Shown here one piece after another: positions 60,681-64,000 of a DNA stretch of 64,000 nt. The DNA lies in assembly GCA_963851445.1 (NCBI GenBank), contig CAWKPH010000001.1:159943-223942 (forward strand), in the 5' to 3' direction. Source of the stretch: an uncultured bacterium (GTDB taxonomy: Bacteria > Patescibacteriota > Minisyncoccia > Phycocordibacterales > Phycocordibacteraceae). The notes beneath the pieces are model-generated. The model did not search any database. It saw only the letters and a program-made list of their open reading frames with translations, and was not told where the DNA came from. A program made the position numbers and the translations under genes. Position 1 is the stretch's first letter, and each line of letters opens with the position of its first letter.

Positions 60681-60776
60681 GACGGCCTCCCGGTTTTTCT
60701 GGAGGTAGTATACATAAAATATAGTTTCTATAAATCAAGCGCAGCTCGATATGGTGTTGGACCTCTCTCATCTTAC

Positions 60777-60815
60777 GCAAACAACCACCGGCCCTTAGGG
60801 CCGGTGGTTGTTTGC
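60777..60815. terminator. Long hairpin terminator
   Basis: GCAAACAACCACCGGCCC-tta-GGGCCGGTGGTTGTTTGC. Confidence 0.8.
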
Positions 60816-60835
60816 TCTTAAACTGGAATATTCCT

Positions 60836-61726
60836 TTAATCGTGCTTATCTTGGGGATACATATTCTTCCAGAAATCGTTACTGGTTGTACCTGTTGTTG
60901 ATGCGCTGTTCCACAAATTTCCAAATGGTTCGTGGTTAAACCAATCACCATTCGTTGTTGTTGCCGTCGTTGAGCTAAAGAAGAAATTTGGAGTTGTCGT
61001 TGAGAAGTTCGGGTTATCTCCTTCTCCTGGGGCTCCGGCATCACAATGAATGTGGTAGAAGTTACGCGAGAGTGGTCCGAAATATCCCGTTGCGGGAATA
61101 CCGTTCTGCTGCTGATAGCGTATAACTGCAATCTCTGTATCAGGTCCGAAGAATCCTGTTACGCTTCCTTGTGGGTAGATACTTGGATACTGCGCAAGGA
61201 ATTGCTGAAGTGCTGAGACATCGCTTCCGTGGTCACCTTTGAAAAGATCACGGGTAAAAATTGAGCAGCTTCTCCCGTTTCCATTGTTGTCTCCATTGTT
61301 ACCTGGGGGTGTGATCGTTGTGCCGCTACCAGACTGCGAACCCAGGAGTGCACGAAGTTGGGCCTCGAGGCTCGCAATTTCTGCTAGAAGATTGGCAACT
61401 GTTGTCGTTGGCGTCGTGGTGCCTGTGACTGTGGCTGAACAAGTGGTTGTGGCGACCGTTGACGAGGCATCAGTTACCTTGAGTGATGTCGAGTATGTTC
61501 CCGGCGCATAGGAAACGACATCGGACGTCCCGGTTGTGCCGTCACCCCACAGCAGGGTGTAAGGAGCTATACCGCCAGTAACAGAGGATGCCCAAGTGAT
61601 TTGAGTTGTCGAGGAAGAACCGGTGCATGAAGCACTGAGAGCGGGGACCGTTTGTGCAAAGGTCGCAAGCGGCGAGAGCACTAAGACTGCGAAACCTATG
61701 AGAGACGAGATTGCGAGAGTTTTCAT
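60836..61726 (-). CDS. Secreted PKD-like plus peptidoglycan-binding domain protein
   Basis: Signal peptide, GG.APYT..WGDG, GDHGSDVSALQQFL, TGFFGP.T..AV..YQ. Confidence 0.8.
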   Translation of the reverse strand: MKTLAISSLIGFAVLVLSPLATFAQTVPALSASCTGSSSTTQITWASSVTGGIAPYTLLWGDGTTGTSDVVSYAPGTYSTSLKVTDASSTVATTTCSATVTGTTTPTTTVANLLAEIASLEAQLRALLGSQSGSGTTITPPGNNGDNNGNGRSCSIFTRDLFKGDHGSDVSALQQFLAQYPSIYPQGSVTGFFGPDTEIAVIRYQQQNGIPATGYFGPLSRNFYHIHCDAGAPGEGDNPNFSTTTPNFFFSSTTATTTNGDWFNHEPFGNLWNSASTTGTTSNDFWKNMYPQDKHD

Positions 61727-61930
61727 AGCATGTATGTTGTTGGGTAATTTTCGTTATTTTTACGATACAGACGCTCGGGCGTACTCAAGTAGTATACCTT
61801 GCGTTACTCAATCAAGACGTCTAAAGGTCGCTTTCCTTACGGAGGTTAGAATTTGAGCCCTATGGAAACAGAAGATTTTACTGCAGAGACTATAGAGTAT
61901 TTGCTCAGTCACATCCCCCTCTCTCCTTTG

Positions 61931-62488
61931 CTACTGATCACTCGACTTAAATGAAGTAGATGGTCCAACTGTCGATGGTATCTGGCTAGTCGAAGTAGCT
62001 GGTACCGGAGAGGTTGATGTGGCTAGTGGTAGCTGTACGGTTGGGGGAGCGACAGGGTTGTTAGCCTGACACACGGTTATAGCAGCGCTGTAAGAGTTAG
62101 TGGCTTTTTGATCTGCACTCTTAAGTGTGGCCTGAGCAGCGGTCATGTTTTTGAGGAAGGAGGTGAAGGCTGTATTGATTCCTTTAGTCACGTTGGTCCA
62201 GGAGGATCCGGTGTAGGCAGCACTAAGAGCGATACCGCGAGCCTTATAGGCAGCATTAACCGTTTGTTCATATGCCATATTGGCCTTCACCACAGCTTGT
62301 TCACGAGCATTGATAGCAATACGACCACAGGCGATCTGTCCTGGTATCCCGTTGCCTGAGGTGAGAGCTGAAGCAACGCTTGCAGTGAGCCCTCCTAAGG
62401 GAAAGACATCGGGGAGGGTGAGGATAATGACCACAAGGACCACTCCTCCAAGAAAGCTTATGATACCAGTGATAAGGGTTTTGTTCAT
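61931..62488 (-). CDS. Membrane-anchored Ala-rich helical hypothetical protein
   Basis: N-terminal TM, helical domain bracketed by two Cys, S/T-rich tail. Confidence 0.65.
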   Translation of the reverse strand: MNKTLITGIISFLGGVVLVVIILTLPDVFPLGGLTASVASALTSGNGIPGQIACGRIAINAREQAVVKANMAYEQTVNAAYKARGIALSAAYTGSSWTNVTKGINTAFTSFLKNMTAAQATLKSADQKATNSYSAAITVCQANNPVAPPTVQLPLATSTSPVPATSTSQIPSTVGPSTSFKSSDQ

Positions 62489-62513
62489 ATAGACAATAAT
62501 AAGCTTAAATTAT

Positions 62514-64000
62514 TCAAAAGTATTCCGTATAATAAATTTGATCATCAGAACCCCCTCCACCTCCAGAGTCTCCAGCAGCATCACTGGTGTCAGTGTTGTT
62601 GGTAGAAGCAGTGTCACCGGAGTTCCCCGTGTCGTTGTTGTCGTCATTACCACCCGTATCATTTCCTGCACCCGAGCCATTGTTAGAAGCTGGAACATAG
62701 AAACTCACCGTGAGGGGTATGTGCGAACCCGTAACGGCACCGGTCACTGTATAGTTAGTGTTACCCAGACTATCGGTTGTCGATGTATAGGTAACTTCAC
62801 CGCCATTGGCATCTGGACCAAGAGTCCCACTCATACTGGTGCCAGAGTCGAAATCACCAGCATCTGCAGTCCCAGCAGAAGCTCCACTTGCTTCCCCACC
62901 ACCAGTGTATGCTGAGTCGACGGGATTGCCAGTCTCTCCTGACGTGTTGCCTGATGTGGCACCTAGGGAATAGGTTGGGAGGTTGGGGTCGTTATTCGCA
63001 AAGCTAAGGAGGTAGTCGCCTTCTACTTGAGTGGAAGGCGTTACCAAGATTGGATCATCGCCAAAGTTTAAGGGTTCGTTGTCAACAACAGATCCACTTG
63101 AGATTACGCCCGTGTTGTTATTAGGTGCAGTTACGACAACCTCTGAGACGGTAGTCGGGGTGTTGTCATCAGCAGCTGTAGTGTTTGTTCCAGCGCCGTT
63201 GCTAATTGTACTCGGATCGAAAGCAAGGGAAGTTGCATTTGCTTTCATGTACGCAAGAATTGTTGCAGAATCGGTTGGAAGACCGTTTGCACTGAGCCAC
63301 TCTGCCGTCATGGCTGCCACAGCTGCTGTTCGTGGAGATGCAAATGAGCTACCAAACACAGCATCACTCGGATCCGTTGTGCCGTCCGCCTCATAGGTAG
63401 CTGAATAAGGGGTCACACCATCAGTGCCAAACAGTGGGTCGTGTAAATATGCATTAAAAGCGCCTGGGGCTGGATTATTCGGAGTTTCCAGAGCCCAAAA
63501 CGAAGCAAGTTGATTGGACAAGTTCGGATCCGGTATATTCGAACCTGGGACGTATCCTCCTGTTGCAACAACAGTAGCTCCATACAGAGCTCCATATTGG
63601 GCAAACATATTTACTTCCGACGGAGTATTTCCTGAAGGCACGAAGAGGATGGCGTCATTCGCCGCCAGCGCCAAAAACATTGCTACATCATTGGCAGTTG
63701 GAGTGGTATCTACTGGAGCATACGATAAATTTATAAACTGGGCGCCATTATTAACTGCTGCAATAATTTGAGCGTCTATAAAATCTGTATTTACCTGGCC
63801 CGTCGGAGTCGTTGCCAAACCAGTCCCAGGGTCTATTTGGCTGTTCGGAACAGCAGAGATATTCTGTACCGTGATTCCACTGCCGCACTGGCCGTTGCAC
63901 TGCGATTCAATGGCCTGGTCAACTCCATTTAAATGGGGTTGACCGAACCAATTGGCATCGATTACGAAAATGGTTTCATGTACTTGGTTCGTAGAGTCAG
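62514..64000 (-). CDS. Divergent subtilisin-like (S8) serine peptidase, 5' end outside the window
   Basis: Frame is open to the window edge: IFVID, HLNGV, INLSY, PSGN, GSSFASP; acidic G/T/D/N-rich tail. Confidence 0.7.
   Translation of the reverse strand, partial: DSTNQVHETIFVIDANWFGQPHLNGVDQAIESQCNGQCGSGITVQNISAVPNSQIDPGTGLATTPTGQVNTDFIDAQIIAAVNNGAQFINLSYAPVDTTPTANDVAMFLALAANDAILFVPSGNTPSEVNMFAQYGALYGATVVATGGYVPGSNIPDPNLSNQLASFWALETPNNPAPGAFNAYLHDPLFGTDGVTPYSATYEADGTTDPSDAVFGSSFASPRTAAVAAMTAEWLSANGLPTDSATILAYMKANATSLAFDPSTISNGAGTNTTAADDNTPTTVSEVVVTAPNNNTGVISSGSVVDNEPLNFGDDPILVTPSTQVEGDYLLSFANNDPNLPTYSLGATSGNTSGETGNPVDSAYTGGGEASGASAGTADAGDFDSGTSMSGTLGPDANGGEVTYTSTTDSLGNTNYTVTGAVTGSHIPLTVSFYVPASNNGSGAGNDTGGNDDNNDTGNSGDTASTNNTDTSDAAGDSGGGGGSDDQIYYTEYF

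Overview
Bacterial chromosomal fragment with the hallmarks of a Patescibacteria/CPR (Parcubacteria-like) genome; this placement is inferred from the absence of rpmD (uL30) between rpsE and rplO, the compact type IV pilus locus and the lack of Shine-Dalgarno sites on core genes. Contents: a type IV pilus cluster (pilM-N-O, pilB, response regulator, pilT, pilC, pilins, pilD); tRNA-Ser(GCU); a large surface beta-helix protein; malic enzyme; recG; a pyrC-pyrD-pyrB operon; tRNA-Ile(UAU); ftsH; smpB-ssrA; infC-rpmI-rplT; a 6S-like RNA; ndk, map, adk, cmk; and the str-S10-spc ribosomal superoperon, which is broken at five points by orphan cassettes. pilC, rpsJ, tuf and fusA carry multiple frameshifts, most likely consensus errors. 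The most interesting signals are: (1) an unannotated ~250-nt multi-branched RNA with its own promoter (38539-38790, minus strand); (2) a cluster of micro-transcription units between rplC and rpsJ, each with a -10 box, a 5' hairpin at the predicted start and a 3' hairpin, including a CsrB/Rsm-like GGA-loop RNA, an RNA displaying a perfect complement of the canonical 16S 3' end, and a captured high-GC gene fragment; and (3) a split between apparently leaderless core genes and SD-led orphan cassettes. All structures and family calls were made by eye; no folding or database searches were run.
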